A DNA stretch of 64,000 nucleotides. It comes from Bacillota bacterium. GTDB taxonomy: Bacteria > Bacillota > Clostridia > Christensenellales > CAMQZB01. The stretch covers positions 36,663 through 100,662 of the forward strand of contig JAWXUU010000002.1 in NCBI GenBank assembly GCA_044426085.1. Direction: 5' to 3'. Under the pieces are notes generated by a model. That model saw only the letters and a list, made by a program, of their open reading frames with translations. It was not told the DNA's origin and did no database searches. Below, one piece after another: positions 30,787-41,248 of this stretch. Each line of letters opens with the position of its first letter. The stretch's first letter is position 1. The translations under genes were made by a program, and so were the position numbers.

Positions 30787-32991
30787 TTGAAACTCACAGG
30801 GGAAGTAGTTGGAATAATCTTTCGAAACGAAGAAAATATGTATTCCATTTTGGAAATTGATGCAGGCGGACTATTAGAAGTCGTGACCGGCACTTTTTTC
30901 GATGTTTCCAAAGGTGACTTTCTAGAACTTGAAGGTGAATATAAAGACACAAAATACGGCAAACAATTCGTTTCAACAAAGGTGAAAACACTACCGCCAC
31001 AAACAACGGGTCAAATCGCTCTTTTCCTTGCAAGTGGACTTTTCAAGGGCGTGGGTGAAGCAACCGCAATAAGAATTGCACAAGAATTCAAAAACGAAAC
31101 ATTCGACGTTATCGAAAAAGACCCTTCAAGACTTGCCAAAATTCGCGGAATTTCCCTTGATAAAGCTGTTGCGATTTCAAACGAATATAAAAAAGTTAAA
31201 AACATGCGCGAAGCGCTCGTGTTTTTGCAAGAACGCGGAATAACAAGCAATCTTGCGGGCAAAATATTCGCGGTTTATAAAGAACACACAATCCGTGTGA
31301 TAACAAAAAATCCATATAAGCTTGTGGAAGATGTCGATGGCATTGGCTTCAAAAAAGCCGACCAAATTGCGGGTGCTATGGGCATAACAAAAGATTCAGA
31401 ACACAGATTCCGTGCGGGGTATATGCATCTTCTTAAAGATGTTGCCCAAAGCGAAGGAAACACTTGCATGAAGTATTCTCAGCTAGTGGAACAAGGTGCT
31501 TTCTTGCTTGGCTGTTCGGATGCAGTTTGCAGTGAAATATTTGAAAAACTCACAAACGATTTTGTGATTGAAAAGGCAATAAAAGTTTTCACCAAAGAAG
31601 ACGAAAAGTTTGTCGCACTATTCTCTTTGTACGCTCAAGAACGTGGAATTGCAACAAAACTTCAAGATATAAATCAAAATAATAAACAATTTGTGCTAGA
31701 TCCCGAAAAGGATATACAAATGTTTGAAAAAGAAAACAAAATCCAACTGCACAAATTCCAAATCGACGCAGTTAAAGGTGCAATTTCAAGCGGTGTTTCT
31801 GTGATAACAGGTGGACCGGGAACGGGAAAGACAACCATAATAAAATGCATACTTTATATCTTTAAAAACTTAAGAATGAACGTAGGCATGGTTGCACCAA
31901 CGGGAAGAGCCGCAAAAAGAATGACAGAACAAACTGGCGAGGAAGCCAAAACAATCCACAGAATGCTTGATATCGATTTTGCGGGTGGTAAGAGTGCGTT
32001 TGTGTATAACGAGCAAACAAGATTGCCACACGACGTTATAATAGTGGATGAAGTGTCCATGACAGACGTCTATATCTTGCGTTCGCTTCTTTCCGCCGTC
32101 AAGTTTGGTGCAAAGGTAATTCTTGTTGGTGATAAAGACCAACTGCCGTCCGTTGGTGCAGGCAATGTGCTAAAAGATATCATCGAAAGCAAGACGCTAA
32201 ACGTGTTCTCCCTTTCGTATGTTTATCGCCAAGGCAAAGAAAGCCTTATCATTGCAAACGCCCACAAAATCAACAACGGAATTATGCCAGTTTTGAAAGA
32301 CAGAACAAACGACTTTTTTCATTCCAGCATAAAAGAAGCCCCAAACATTCTTGAAAGAATCAAGAACATGATGTTTTCAATACCAAAATTTATCGACACA
32401 ACAACAGATAATATCCAAGTTATCGCACCAATGCGAAAAGGTGTTGTTGGGGTGAATAACATAAACCAAGTTTTGCAAGAAACGCTAAACGAAAAAAGAA
32501 CAGGCAAGGGAGAAATCGTGCTTGTAAGAAATGTATTTCGTGAAGGCGACAGAGTCATGCACATAACAAATAACTACCAAATGGAATGGAAGAGAAGATG
32601 TGGCGACTTTGAAGAATACGGAACGGGTATTTTCAACGGCGATATGGGCAAAATCATCATAGTGGATGAAAAAAATAAAACAATCACCGTGGAATTTGAT
32701 GATGGCAAACTTGTCGAATACAGCTCAGGCGATTTTGACGAGCTCACTCTTTCATACGCAATAACAATCCACAAAAGCCAAGGCTCGGAATTTGATGTTG
32801 TGATAATACCAATAACAGGTGGTCCGCCGTCACTTTATTCACGCAACTTGCTTTACACAGCAATCACGCGTGCAAAGAAAATGGTGGTTCTTATTGGCGA
32901 CAACTTCAATATAAGACGAATGGTGGAAAACAACTATATAGAACAGCGCTACACAATGCTGAAAGACTTCCTAGTGGGTGAACTGACATAA
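30787..32991 (+). CDS. recD2: ATP-dependent RecD2-like DNA helicase (RecD/TraA family)
   Basis: Motifs ITGGPGTGKTT, IIVDEVSM and AITIHKSQGSEF. AAGGAGA RBS before TTG 30787; the track start at 30760 lies inside the metK terminator. Confidence 0.88.
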   Translation: MKLTGEVVGIIFRNEENMYSILEIDAGGLLEVVTGTFFDVSKGDFLELEGEYKDTKYGKQFVSTKVKTLPPQTTGQIALFLASGLFKGVGEATAIRIAQEFKNETFDVIEKDPSRLAKIRGISLDKAVAISNEYKKVKNMREALVFLQERGITSNLAGKIFAVYKEHTIRVITKNPYKLVEDVDGIGFKKADQIAGAMGITKDSEHRFRAGYMHLLKDVAQSEGNTCMKYSQLVEQGAFLLGCSDAVCSEIFEKLTNDFVIEKAIKVFTKEDEKFVALFSLYAQERGIATKLQDINQNNKQFVLDPEKDIQMFEKENKIQLHKFQIDAVKGAISSGVSVITGGPGTGKTTIIKCILYIFKNLRMNVGMVAPTGRAAKRMTEQTGEEAKTIHRMLDIDFAGGKSAFVYNEQTRLPHDVIIVDEVSMTDVYILRSLLSAVKFGAKVILVGDKDQLPSVGAGNVLKDIIESKTLNVFSLSYVYRQGKESLIIANAHKINNGIMPVLKDRTNDFFHSSIKEAPNILERIKNMMFSIPKFIDTTTDNIQVIAPMRKGVVGVNNINQVLQETLNEKRTGKGEIVLVRNVFREGDRVMHITNNYQMEWKRRCGDFEEYGTGIFNGDMGKIIIVDEKNKTITVEFDDGKLVEYSSGDFDELTLSYAITIHKSQGSEFDVVIIPITGGPPSLYSRNLLYTAITRAKKMVVLIGDNFNIRRMVENNYIEQRYTMLKDFLVGELT

Positions 32992-32995
32992 TACC

Positions 32996-33793
32996 ATGAA
33001 TATATTTAAAAAACTACAACTCAAAATAAAAGCGTTATTTGCAAGCGACCTAAAAGCGATTGACGAATATATTTCAGACGACCACCAAAGGAAATACGCA
33101 CTTACAGAAACGCTTGGCTCTTATCGTCACATCTGTCCCGAATGTGGGAAGGAGATGTTTAATGATGATGTGTTCTGCGAGGAATGTTCCAAACTTATTG
33201 TCATGCTGTCGGGGGATAAATGCCCCAAATGCGGGCGAAAAGTTATGGGCAATGTAAGTTGCAATATATGCAGAACTCATCGCCACGATTTCGATAGGGC
33301 GTTCACAGCGTTCAATTATGAAGGTATAGTTGTCAAATATATTCTAAATATGAAATTTTATGGCAAAGCCTATCTGTATCACATGTTCGCAAAGTATTTG
33401 GCATACGTATATCTGAAAAGCAACATAGAAGCCGATTTCGTCTCTTTTGTGCCAATGACCAAAAAAGGTCAAAAACAGCGTGGCTACAACCAATCGGAAC
33501 TTCTCGCAAAGGAGTTTTCATATCTGACAGGTATTCCGCTTTTTTATGGGGTAATTAAGAAGCGTGAAACGAAGTTTCAAAAAAGGCTTAACGCGGAAGA
33601 CAGAAGAAAGAACATGCAAGATGTTTTCAGAGTTGAGGGCGATATCAAAAACAAGAATATCTTGGTTATTGACGACGTTATGACAACAGGTGCAACGCTA
33701 GACAGTGTCGCAAAAGCTCTTAAACGCTCGAATGCAAGCAAAATTTATGCAATAACCATTGCTGCAACAGCAGAAAAGTTTGCAAAAAAATAA
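32996..33793 (+). CDS. comF: ComF family protein (phosphoribosyltransferase-like, ComFC)
   Basis: N-terminal CxxC zinc-ribbon pairs and a C-terminal PRTase motif ILVIDDVMTTGATL. Confidence 0.8.
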   Translation: MNIFKKLQLKIKALFASDLKAIDEYISDDHQRKYALTETLGSYRHICPECGKEMFNDDVFCEECSKLIVMLSGDKCPKCGRKVMGNVSCNICRTHRHDFDRAFTAFNYEGIVVKYILNMKFYGKAYLYHMFAKYLAYVYLKSNIEADFVSFVPMTKKGQKQRGYNQSELLAKEFSYLTGIPLFYGVIKKRETKFQKRLNAEDRRKNMQDVFRVEGDIKNKNILVIDDVMTTGATLDSVAKALKRSNASKIYAITIAATAEKFAKK

Positions 33794-33848
33794 AAATACT
33801 GTATAATATCTATATCAACTTGCCTATTTTGGCAAAGGAGGAGAATCA

Positions 33849-36518
33849 ATGGGAATTTTTTCATTCATTACAAAAGGCGAAAATAAAAAGAATATAAAAA
33901 GATTAGACGATATCGCAGAAGCAGTTATCGCACTTGAACCTAAATACTCCGCAATGACAGACTCAGAGCTCAAAAATCAAACGGAAATCTTGAAAGCTAG
34001 GCTAGAAAAAGAAACGCTAGACGACATCTTGACAGACGCATTTGCAGTTATCAGAGAAGCGAGTTTCAGGGTTCTATCTATGAAGCACTATAAAGTGCAA
34101 ATCATGGGTGGTGCTTGTCTGCACCAAGGCAGAGTTGCAGAAATGAAAACAGGGGAAGGTAAGACCCTCGTAGAAACTTTGCCAGCGTATCTTAATGCAC
34201 TTGCGGGCAAAGGCGTTCATATTATCACTGTAAACGACTATCTTGCATATCGTGATGCAACGTGGATGGGTAAGGTGTATCAATTTCTTGGAATGACAGT
34301 TGGTATCAACATTTCGGGAATAACAGAAGAAGAAAAGAAAATCGCATATGCGTGCGATATCACATACGGAACGAATAACGAATTTGGCTTTGATTATCTT
34401 CGCGATAACCTAAAGACACAAAAAATCAAAAAAGTTCAAAACGGTCACAACTTTGCAATAGTCGATGAAGTGGATTCAATCCTTATCGACGAAGCGAGAA
34501 CTCCGCTTATTATTTCAGGTGCGGGTGAAAAATCATCTGTTCTGTATTCAAAAGTGAATTCACTTGTATGCAGCTTCACTGATGAAGATTTTGAATTTGA
34601 CGAAAAAGATAAAACTATCAACATGACGGAATCAGGTGTTAACAAAGCTGAAAGATATCTCAAAATCGATGATCTTTCTGATATTGAAAACAAAGATATC
34701 CACATGCATATCCAATGCGCCTTGAAGGCTCACCATATATTCAAAAGGGATAACAACTATATCGTTTCTGACGGCGAAGTTATCATCGTTGATGAATTCA
34801 CAGGAAGACTCATGATAGGAAGAAGGTATTCCGAAGGTCTTCATCAAGCGATAGAAGCAAAAGAAGGTGTTGTTATCAAAAGCGAAAACAAAACGTATGC
34901 TACGATAACATTCCAAAACTATTTCAGAATATACGATAAACTTTCCGGCATGACGGGAACAGCAAAGACAGAAGAAGAAGAATTCCGCGGAATTTATAAT
35001 CTTGACGTAGTTGAAATTCCAACAAACATTCCAAGTGAAAGAATAGACCAAAACGATGTTATATATCCAACGGAAGTTGGAAAGCTCAGGGCTGTCTGTG
35101 CTGAAATTGTCCGTGCCCACGAAAAGGGACAACCTTGCCTTGTCGGCACAGTCACAGTGGAAAAGAGTGAACTTATTTCTGCAATGCTTAAAAAGCTCAA
35201 AGTTCCACACAACGTCTTGAATGCGAAAAACCACGCAAGAGAAGCGGAAATTGTCGCACAAGCGGGCAGACTTGGCGCTGTGACAATCGCCACAAACATG
35301 GCGGGTCGTGGAACAGATATTTTGCTTGGTGGCAATCCTGATTTCATGACAAAAACACAGCTTCTTGATATGGGCATTGATGAAGAAAGAATTGCAGAGG
35401 CAACTTCATATGAAGCACAAAACGATCCGGAAGTTTTAACGCTAAAAGAAAAATACGAAAATCTTTATAAAAAAGCAAAAGAAGTTTGCGACGGCGAAAA
35501 AGAACAAGTTATGCAAGCTGGCGGGCTTTATATCATAGGAACAGAACGTCACGAATCAAGACGTATTGATAATCAGCTTCGCGGTCGAAGCGGAAGACAA
35601 GGCGACAAAGGTGAATCAATTTTCTATATTTCACTTGAAGATGACCTTGCAAGACGTTTTGGTGGCGAAAGCATGCAAAAGATATATTCTAAGCTTAAAG
35701 TGGATGAAGATACTCCAATTGCTATGGGTTTACTTTCAAAACAAATTGAAAACGCACAAAAAGTTATCGAAGGCAAGAACTTCGGAATAAGAAAGAACGT
35801 TCTTGAATACGACAACGTGATGAACACTCAACGTGAAATTATGTACGGCGAAAGAAATAAGGTTTTGGAAGGTGAAAGTGTTCACGATCAAATTATTAAA
35901 CTTATCCCAGATTACGTTACAGAAGTTCTTTCAGAAATCATTCCTAGAAAGCAACAAAAAGCAGAATGGGACTTTGAAAAAATCAACCACGATTTGGAAG
36001 CGAGATTGTTGCCAAAAGATTGCAACTTCCTTGTTCCTGAAACAGTTGATGGTTGGGATAACGATTTCTTGCACCAACAAATTGAAGAAAAAACAATCAG
36101 CGAATACAACGCAAAAATTGAAAAGTATAAAGAGATGAATCTAAGCTTCGAAGAAATCGAACGCGTGGTTTTGCTTAAGTGCGTAGATAAAATGTGGATT
36201 GACCACATCGACCAAATGGACATTTTGCGTCGCGGAATTTCCCTTCGTGCCTACGGCGGTGTAGACCCAATCTTGTCCTACAAAAAAGAAGCTTTTGACA
36301 TGTTTGAAGACATGACAAAAAGAATTCAAGAAGACACAGCAAAAACTCTTTTGAAAACAGAATTCAGAGTAGTCCCAAAAGTTGTGAACAAGACAGTTAT
36401 GCAAACTGAAGGCGGAACAAAAGAAGCACGCGAACAAAGGAAGTCTTCAGCAGTTGGCAGAAACGAACCATGCCCATGCGGTTCTGGCAGAAAATATAAA
36501 AACTGCTGTGGTAAATAA
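33849..36518 (+). CDS. secA: Preprotein translocase ATPase SecA
   Basis: MKTGEGKT, DEVDSILIDEARTPLIISG, and the C-terminal zinc motif CPCGSGRKYKNCCG. Confidence 0.97.
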   Translation: MGIFSFITKGENKKNIKRLDDIAEAVIALEPKYSAMTDSELKNQTEILKARLEKETLDDILTDAFAVIREASFRVLSMKHYKVQIMGGACLHQGRVAEMKTGEGKTLVETLPAYLNALAGKGVHIITVNDYLAYRDATWMGKVYQFLGMTVGINISGITEEEKKIAYACDITYGTNNEFGFDYLRDNLKTQKIKKVQNGHNFAIVDEVDSILIDEARTPLIISGAGEKSSVLYSKVNSLVCSFTDEDFEFDEKDKTINMTESGVNKAERYLKIDDLSDIENKDIHMHIQCALKAHHIFKRDNNYIVSDGEVIIVDEFTGRLMIGRRYSEGLHQAIEAKEGVVIKSENKTYATITFQNYFRIYDKLSGMTGTAKTEEEEFRGIYNLDVVEIPTNIPSERIDQNDVIYPTEVGKLRAVCAEIVRAHEKGQPCLVGTVTVEKSELISAMLKKLKVPHNVLNAKNHAREAEIVAQAGRLGAVTIATNMAGRGTDILLGGNPDFMTKTQLLDMGIDEERIAEATSYEAQNDPEVLTLKEKYENLYKKAKEVCDGEKEQVMQAGGLYIIGTERHESRRIDNQLRGRSGRQGDKGESIFYISLEDDLARRFGGESMQKIYSKLKVDEDTPIAMGLLSKQIENAQKVIEGKNFGIRKNVLEYDNVMNTQREIMYGERNKVLEGESVHDQIIKLIPDYVTEVLSEIIPRKQQKAEWDFEKINHDLEARLLPKDCNFLVPETVDGWDNDFLHQQIEEKTISEYNAKIEKYKEMNLSFEEIERVVLLKCVDKMWIDHIDQMDILRRGISLRAYGGVDPILSYKKEAFDMFEDMTKRIQEDTAKTLLKTEFRVVPKVVNKTVMQTEGGTKEAREQRKSSAVGRNEPCPCGSGRKYKNCCGK

Positions 36519-36567
36519 TAAGAAATAAAACATAAACAATAAATAAAAAATATAGTGAGGTATCGAA

Positions 36568-37666
36568 ATGATAATTATTGACGAACAAAAAATGCGACTA
36601 AAAGAAATCGCGGAAAATCTAAAAGAGGCAGGACACTCTCTTTGACTTTGATGGCTTAAAAAAACAACTAGAAGGTGTCAAAAAAATTCAAGAAGACCCA
36701 AATCTTTGGGACGATCTTAAAAAAGCACAACAAGTAAATAAAGAAGCGAGTATTCTTGAAAACAAAATCAACGAATATGTAAACCTTGTTCAAATCAAAG
36801 AAGAAAACGAACTTCTTATCGAAATGATTGAAGAAACCCACGACGAATCACTTTTTGAAGAACTCGTTGCGGGAATGAAAACTCTCGAAGAAAAAGTGGA
36901 CGAATACGATATCAAAATGATGCTCAAGGGTGAATACGATGCAAACTCTGCAATCCTAACACTGCACTCTGGTGCGGGTGGAACAGAAGCTTGCGATTGG
37001 ACACAAATGCTTTATCGTATGTACACTCGCTTTGTTGAAAGGTTCGGTTTCAAGTATCAAGAAATCGATAAACTTCCTGGCGACGAAGCAGGGCTTAAAA
37101 GTGTTACTTTCAAAGTTGAAGGCTTGAATGCATATGGATATTTGAAAGCGGAAAAAGGCGTACACAGACTTGTGAGAATTTCACCTTTTGATTCCAATGC
37201 TAAGCGTCACACATCGTTTGCATCACTTGAAGTTGTTCCGGAAATCGAAGATGAAGGTGCAATCGAAATAAGAACAGAAGATTTAAGAGTAGACACATAT
37301 AGGTCCGGTGGTGCGGGCGGTCAGCACGTAAACACAACTGACTCTGCCGTTCGAATCACGCATATGCCAACGGGCATAATCGTGGCTTGTCAAAACGAAA
37401 GAAGCCAAGTGCAAAACAGAGATATGTGTATGAAGATGTTGCGTTCTAAACTTATCGAAAAAAAGGAACGTGACCAACTTGAAACACTGAATAACATTTC
37501 AGGAAGTTTGAAAAAAATCGAATGGGGAAGCCAAATCAGAAGCTATGTTTTCCAACCATACACTATGGTTAAAGACCACAGAACAGGATATCAATCAGGA
37601 AACATCAGCGCCGTTATGGATGGTGACCTTGTAGACTTTATCTATGACTATTTGCGTAAATCATAA
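36568..37666 (+). CDS. prfB: Peptide chain release factor 2, requires a programmed +1 frameshift at CTT TGA C (36640-36646)
   Basis: Frame 0 runs from ATG 36568 through 25 codons to the in-frame TGA at 36643. The +1 frame continues DFDGLKKQLE... into the 36824 ORF. SPF and GGQ (SGGAGGQHVNTTDSAVR) motifs are present. Confidence 0.93.
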
Positions 37667-37673
37667 ACATAAG

Positions 37674-38723
37674 ATGAAATATTTTGAAAATATAAAAAAC
37701 ACAACTGAATATAAAAAAGATGCGATAATTCTCGGCATAGAAAGCTCTTGCGACGAAACTTGTGCAAGCGTGGTTCGCGGTGGAAGGGAAGTTTTATCAA
37801 ATGTGATTTCTTCGCAAATCGACATTCACAAACGTTTCGGCGGGGTAGTTCCCGAAATCGCAAGCAGAAATCACACAATGAGTGTAGTTTCTGTTGTTGA
37901 TAGTGCCATAAAAGAAGCGGGAATATCAATCACTGATATCGATGCAATTGCCGTGACTTACGGCGCGGGGCTTGTGGGTGCACTTCTCACGGGGGTCACA
38001 TATGCAAAAACACTTTGCTTTGCACTTGATATCCCACTTATAAAAGTCAATCACATTCGCGGTCACATGTCTGCAAATTATCTTCAAGATAAAACCTTGA
38101 AGCCACCTTTTTTGTGCGTTGTCACAAGTGGCGGACACACTGCAATTTTGAAGGTTGTAGATTATTTGAACCACGAATTTCTTGGCGGAACACTTGACGA
38201 TGCAGTTGGCGAAGCATTTGATAAGGTCGCAAAAACTCTTGATTTGCCATATCCAGGCGGTCCGCAAATTTCTAAACTTGCACTTGAAGGAAAAGCTGAT
38301 GTTCAACTTCCAAAGATGTTGAAAAACGATAAAGGATACAACTTTTCATACAGCGGTCTTAAAACTGCAGTTATCAACTACGTCCACACAAAACAGCAAA
38401 AAAATGAAGAATTCTCAAAAGCGGATGTTGCAAAATCATTTGAAGTTTCTGCAATTGATGTTTTGGTTGAAAAAGCAAAACAAGCTTGTGTGGAGCATGA
38501 ACTTGATACTGTTGTTGTCTGCGGTGGCGTTGGTGCAAACAACTATTATCGTGGAGAAATGACCAAAATGGCAAAGAAAAATTCGCTGAAACTTGTGTTG
38601 CCTGAAAAAGTTTATTGCACGGATAATGCCGCAATGATTGCATCGGAAGGGTACATTCAATACTACTACGCAAATGATTTATCTGATTTGGATTTGAATG
38701 CAGTTCCACAAATAAAACTATAG
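37674..38723 (+). CDS. tsaD: tRNA N6-adenosine threonylcarbamoyltransferase TsaD (Kae1/Gcp)
   Basis: Motifs ILGIESSCDET, SRNH and GGVGAN. Confidence 0.93.
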   Translation: MKYFENIKNTTEYKKDAIILGIESSCDETCASVVRGGREVLSNVISSQIDIHKRFGGVVPEIASRNHTMSVVSVVDSAIKEAGISITDIDAIAVTYGAGLVGALLTGVTYAKTLCFALDIPLIKVNHIRGHMSANYLQDKTLKPPFLCVVTSGGHTAILKVVDYLNHEFLGGTLDDAVGEAFDKVAKTLDLPYPGGPQISKLALEGKADVQLPKMLKNDKGYNFSYSGLKTAVINYVHTKQQKNEEFSKADVAKSFEVSAIDVLVEKAKQACVEHELDTVVVCGGVGANNYYRGEMTKMAKKNSLKLVLPEKVYCTDNAAMIASEGYIQYYYANDLSDLDLNAVPQIKL

Positions 38724-38733
38724 GAGACTACAA

Positions 38734-39537
38734 ATGATTGATTTGCACATCCACACTTCTTTTTCTTCAGACAGCAAAGAAGATATGGAAAATTATATAA
38801 TAAAAGCAATAGAAACGGGACAATATAACACGATTGGTTTCACCGAGCACTTTGATTTTGATTATGCATACAGTGGAATAAGGTCTGACTTTGTTGATTT
38901 TGTTGGATTTTTCAAAAAAATTGCTGAAATGAAAGAAAAATACAAAGGCCAAATAAAAATATTGGTTGGGGCAGAGTTTGGCTATGCGGATAATGAAAAC
39001 GCAATGGCTCTTACAAATATGATTTGGGATAAATATCCGCTTGACTACGCAATAAATTCAGTTCACTTGGTTGATAATGAAGATGTGTGGTATGCAGATT
39101 ATTTCAAAAATAGAACAAAAGAAGAGGCTTATGGCAAATATTTGAAGTGGATAAGAAAAAGTTTAGACACAAAGACAAAATTTCACATCTTGGCTCACCT
39201 TGGCTATTGCCAAAGAAAGGCAATCTATCAAGATAAGCTTTTGAATTATTGTGATTTTCCTGAGCTTTTTGATGATATTTTTAAAACGATGATAGAAAGA
39301 GATATCATCTTGGAAATCAACACGTCAACACGCGGAATTTGCGATTTAATACCATCTGTCGAAGCACTTATAAGATATAAAGAACTCGGCGGAAAATTGA
39401 TAACATTTTCTTCTGATGCTCATCAAGTTGAAAGAATATTTGATAGATATGAATATGTTTGCAACGTAGCAAAAGAACTTGGGTTTGAAGGTTTTGCATA
39501 CGTTGAAAACGGCGAACTAAAACAATATGAATTATGA
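38734..39537 (+). CDS. PHP-domain phosphoesterase (histidinol-phosphatase HisJ family)
   Basis: The N-terminus MIDLHIHTSFSSDS and a later SDAH motif are typical of the PHP family. Confidence 0.75.
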   Translation: MIDLHIHTSFSSDSKEDMENYIIKAIETGQYNTIGFTEHFDFDYAYSGIRSDFVDFVGFFKKIAEMKEKYKGQIKILVGAEFGYADNENAMALTNMIWDKYPLDYAINSVHLVDNEDVWYADYFKNRTKEEAYGKYLKWIRKSLDTKTKFHILAHLGYCQRKAIYQDKLLNYCDFPELFDDIFKTMIERDIILEINTSTRGICDLIPSVEALIRYKELGGKLITFSSDAHQVERIFDRYEYVCNVAKELGFEGFAYVENGELKQYEL

Positions 39538-39541
39538 TATG

Positions 39542-39585
39542 TAGGGAAAAAGTGCGAATTATATGCGTACAATTTCCCTATTTTT
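39542..39585 (+). terminator. Intrinsic terminator
   Basis: TAGGGAAA (39542-39549) pairs with TTTCCCTA (39573-39580), then T5. Confidence 0.6.
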
Positions 39586-39658
39586 ATTTTCTTTCTGTTA
39601 ATATATTTAAGTGTGTTATTTCGTTAAAAAATAAACATGAATTTAATCCAATTAACTA

Positions 39659-39687
39659 TTGAAATATCAACGAATCCATGGTATAAT
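39659..39687 (+). promoter_or_regulatory. Promoter TTGAAA-N17-(TGg)TATAAT lying 6 nt upstream of the tsaC ATG (leaderless candidate)
   Basis: TTGAAA at 39659-39664, TATAAT at 39682-39687, ATG at 39694, and no SD in between. Confidence 0.55.
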
Positions 39688-39693
39688 TTTAAA

Positions 39694-40698
39694 ATGAGTA
39701 CAAGAATATTTTATGCTTACGATAGTAACGATAAATTGAATATAGAAAATTTGAAAGAAGCGTCGAAACTTTTGTTGTCTGGCGAACTTGTTGCATTTCC
39801 AACCGAGACGGTTTATGGACTTGGTGTGGATGCCTATTCAGATAATATAATGAAGGTATACAGCGCAAAGGGCAGACCTCAAGACAATCCACTTATTTGC
39901 CATATTGGTGATGAAAGTCAAATCCAGCAATGCGGAAATCCAAGTGAGCTTGCAAAAAAGATATTTGAACTTTTTTCGCCGGGGCCAATAACTGTTGTCA
40001 TTGATAAAAGCGATAAAATTTCTAATGCAGTCACTGGGGGGCTTTCTTCCGTTGGTGTGAGAATTCCAGAAAACCAAGTGGCAAGAGAATTTCTAAAAAT
40101 TTGCGGTGTTCCCGTTGCAGCGCCATCTGCAAACACATCAAAGCGACCAAGCCCAACAAGGGCGTGCGACGTTTTGGAAGATTTGAATGGCAAGATTGCG
40201 GGGATAATCGATGGCGGAACATGCTCGGTGGGAATCGAATCAACTGTTGTCGATGCGCGTGGCGAGTATCCAATAATCCTGCGCGAAGGCAAAATAACTC
40301 GCGATGATTTTTTGAAATATTTTGATAAGTGTGAATTTGCAAAGAGCTCTGATGAAAAAGTCAGAAGCCCCGGTGTCAAATATCAACACTACAGTCCAAA
40401 AGTTGAAATGTTTGTCCACTTTGGAAAAGATAATAAAAAAGTAGAAAGTTTTCTATTGGAAAATGCAACTAAAAAAATCGCGCTTATTGGCGAAGATGCA
40501 TTTTTAAACGGCATTTCTAAAAAGAATAATTTTTCCGTGTTTTCTATGGGAACAACACCCGAAGAATTCATGCATAACTACTATTTCTTTTTGCGCGACC
40601 TTGAAAAAGTTTGCGATATAATCGTAATGCAAATGCCATTTGAAAGCGAAGGTTTAAAAAATCGATGCGAAAAGTCTTGTGGTGGCAAGTTTATTTAA
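39694..40698 (+). CDS. tsaC: L-threonylcarbamoyladenylate synthase (TsaC/Sua5, YwlC-like, with Sua5 C-terminal domain)
   Basis: Motifs VAFPTETVYGLG, KGRPQDNPL and APSAN. The length fits the two-domain Sua5 type. Confidence 0.88.
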   Translation: MSTRIFYAYDSNDKLNIENLKEASKLLLSGELVAFPTETVYGLGVDAYSDNIMKVYSAKGRPQDNPLICHIGDESQIQQCGNPSELAKKIFELFSPGPITVVIDKSDKISNAVTGGLSSVGVRIPENQVAREFLKICGVPVAAPSANTSKRPSPTRACDVLEDLNGKIAGIIDGGTCSVGIESTVVDARGEYPIILREGKITRDDFLKYFDKCEFAKSSDEKVRSPGVKYQHYSPKVEMFVHFGKDNKKVESFLLENATKKIALIGEDAFLNGISKKNNFSVFSMGTTPEEFMHNYYFFLRDLEKVCDIIVMQMPFESEGLKNRCEKSCGGKFI

Positions 40699-40761
40699 GA
40701 GAAATATTGAAATTGTAAAATTGTAAAATGTAAAACAAAATTAAACATACAGGAGATAGAT

Positions 40762-41202
40762 ATGAAAATAGCTTTAGGTTTTGATCATGGCGGTTTCGAA
40801 CACAAGAAAACGCTTATTGATTATCTTGAAAAAAACAAAATTGAATACGTAGACTTTGGAACAAATTCAAGTGAATCTTGCGATTATCCAATCTTTGCGG
40901 AAAAAGTTGCAAAAGCGGTTCAGTGTGGAGAGTGCGAAAGGGGAATCTTGATTTGCGGAACAGGTGTTGGAATGAGCATTGTTGCAAACAAATTCAAGGG
41001 AATCAGATGTGCACTTTGCAATGAATATTTCATGGCAAAAGCAACAAGAGAACACAACGATTCAAACGTTCTTGCAATGGGCGCAAGGGTCATCGGGCTG
41101 AATGTTATGCTCGAGATTGTAGATGTTTGGATTAAAACTGAATTTATTGGAATTCATCACACAAAAAGAATTCAAATGATTTCAGATATTGAAAATGCTT
41201 AA
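40762..41202 (+). CDS. rpiB: Ribose-5-phosphate isomerase B
   Basis: MKIALGFDHGG...ILICGTGVGMSIVANK is typical of RpiB/LacAB. Confidence 0.9.
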   Translation: MKIALGFDHGGFEHKKTLIDYLEKNKIEYVDFGTNSSESCDYPIFAEKVAKAVQCGECERGILICGTGVGMSIVANKFKGIRCALCNEYFMAKATREHNDSNVLAMGARVIGLNVMLEIVDVWIKTEFIGIHHTKRIQMISDIENA

Positions 41203-41248
41203 TAATTTTTATTATAATAGACAAAATAACTACTAGGAGGATAAACTT

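Noticed and set aside
34632-35377. Minus-strand ORFs of 209 and 127 aa inside secA; similar antisense ORFs lie in ntpI (43283-43807), ntpA/B (48264-48788), ntpD (50009-50455) and the DUF421 gene (50466-50858)
   Set aside because: They are fully embedded antisense to well-supported conserved genes, and they have no RBS and low-complexity products.
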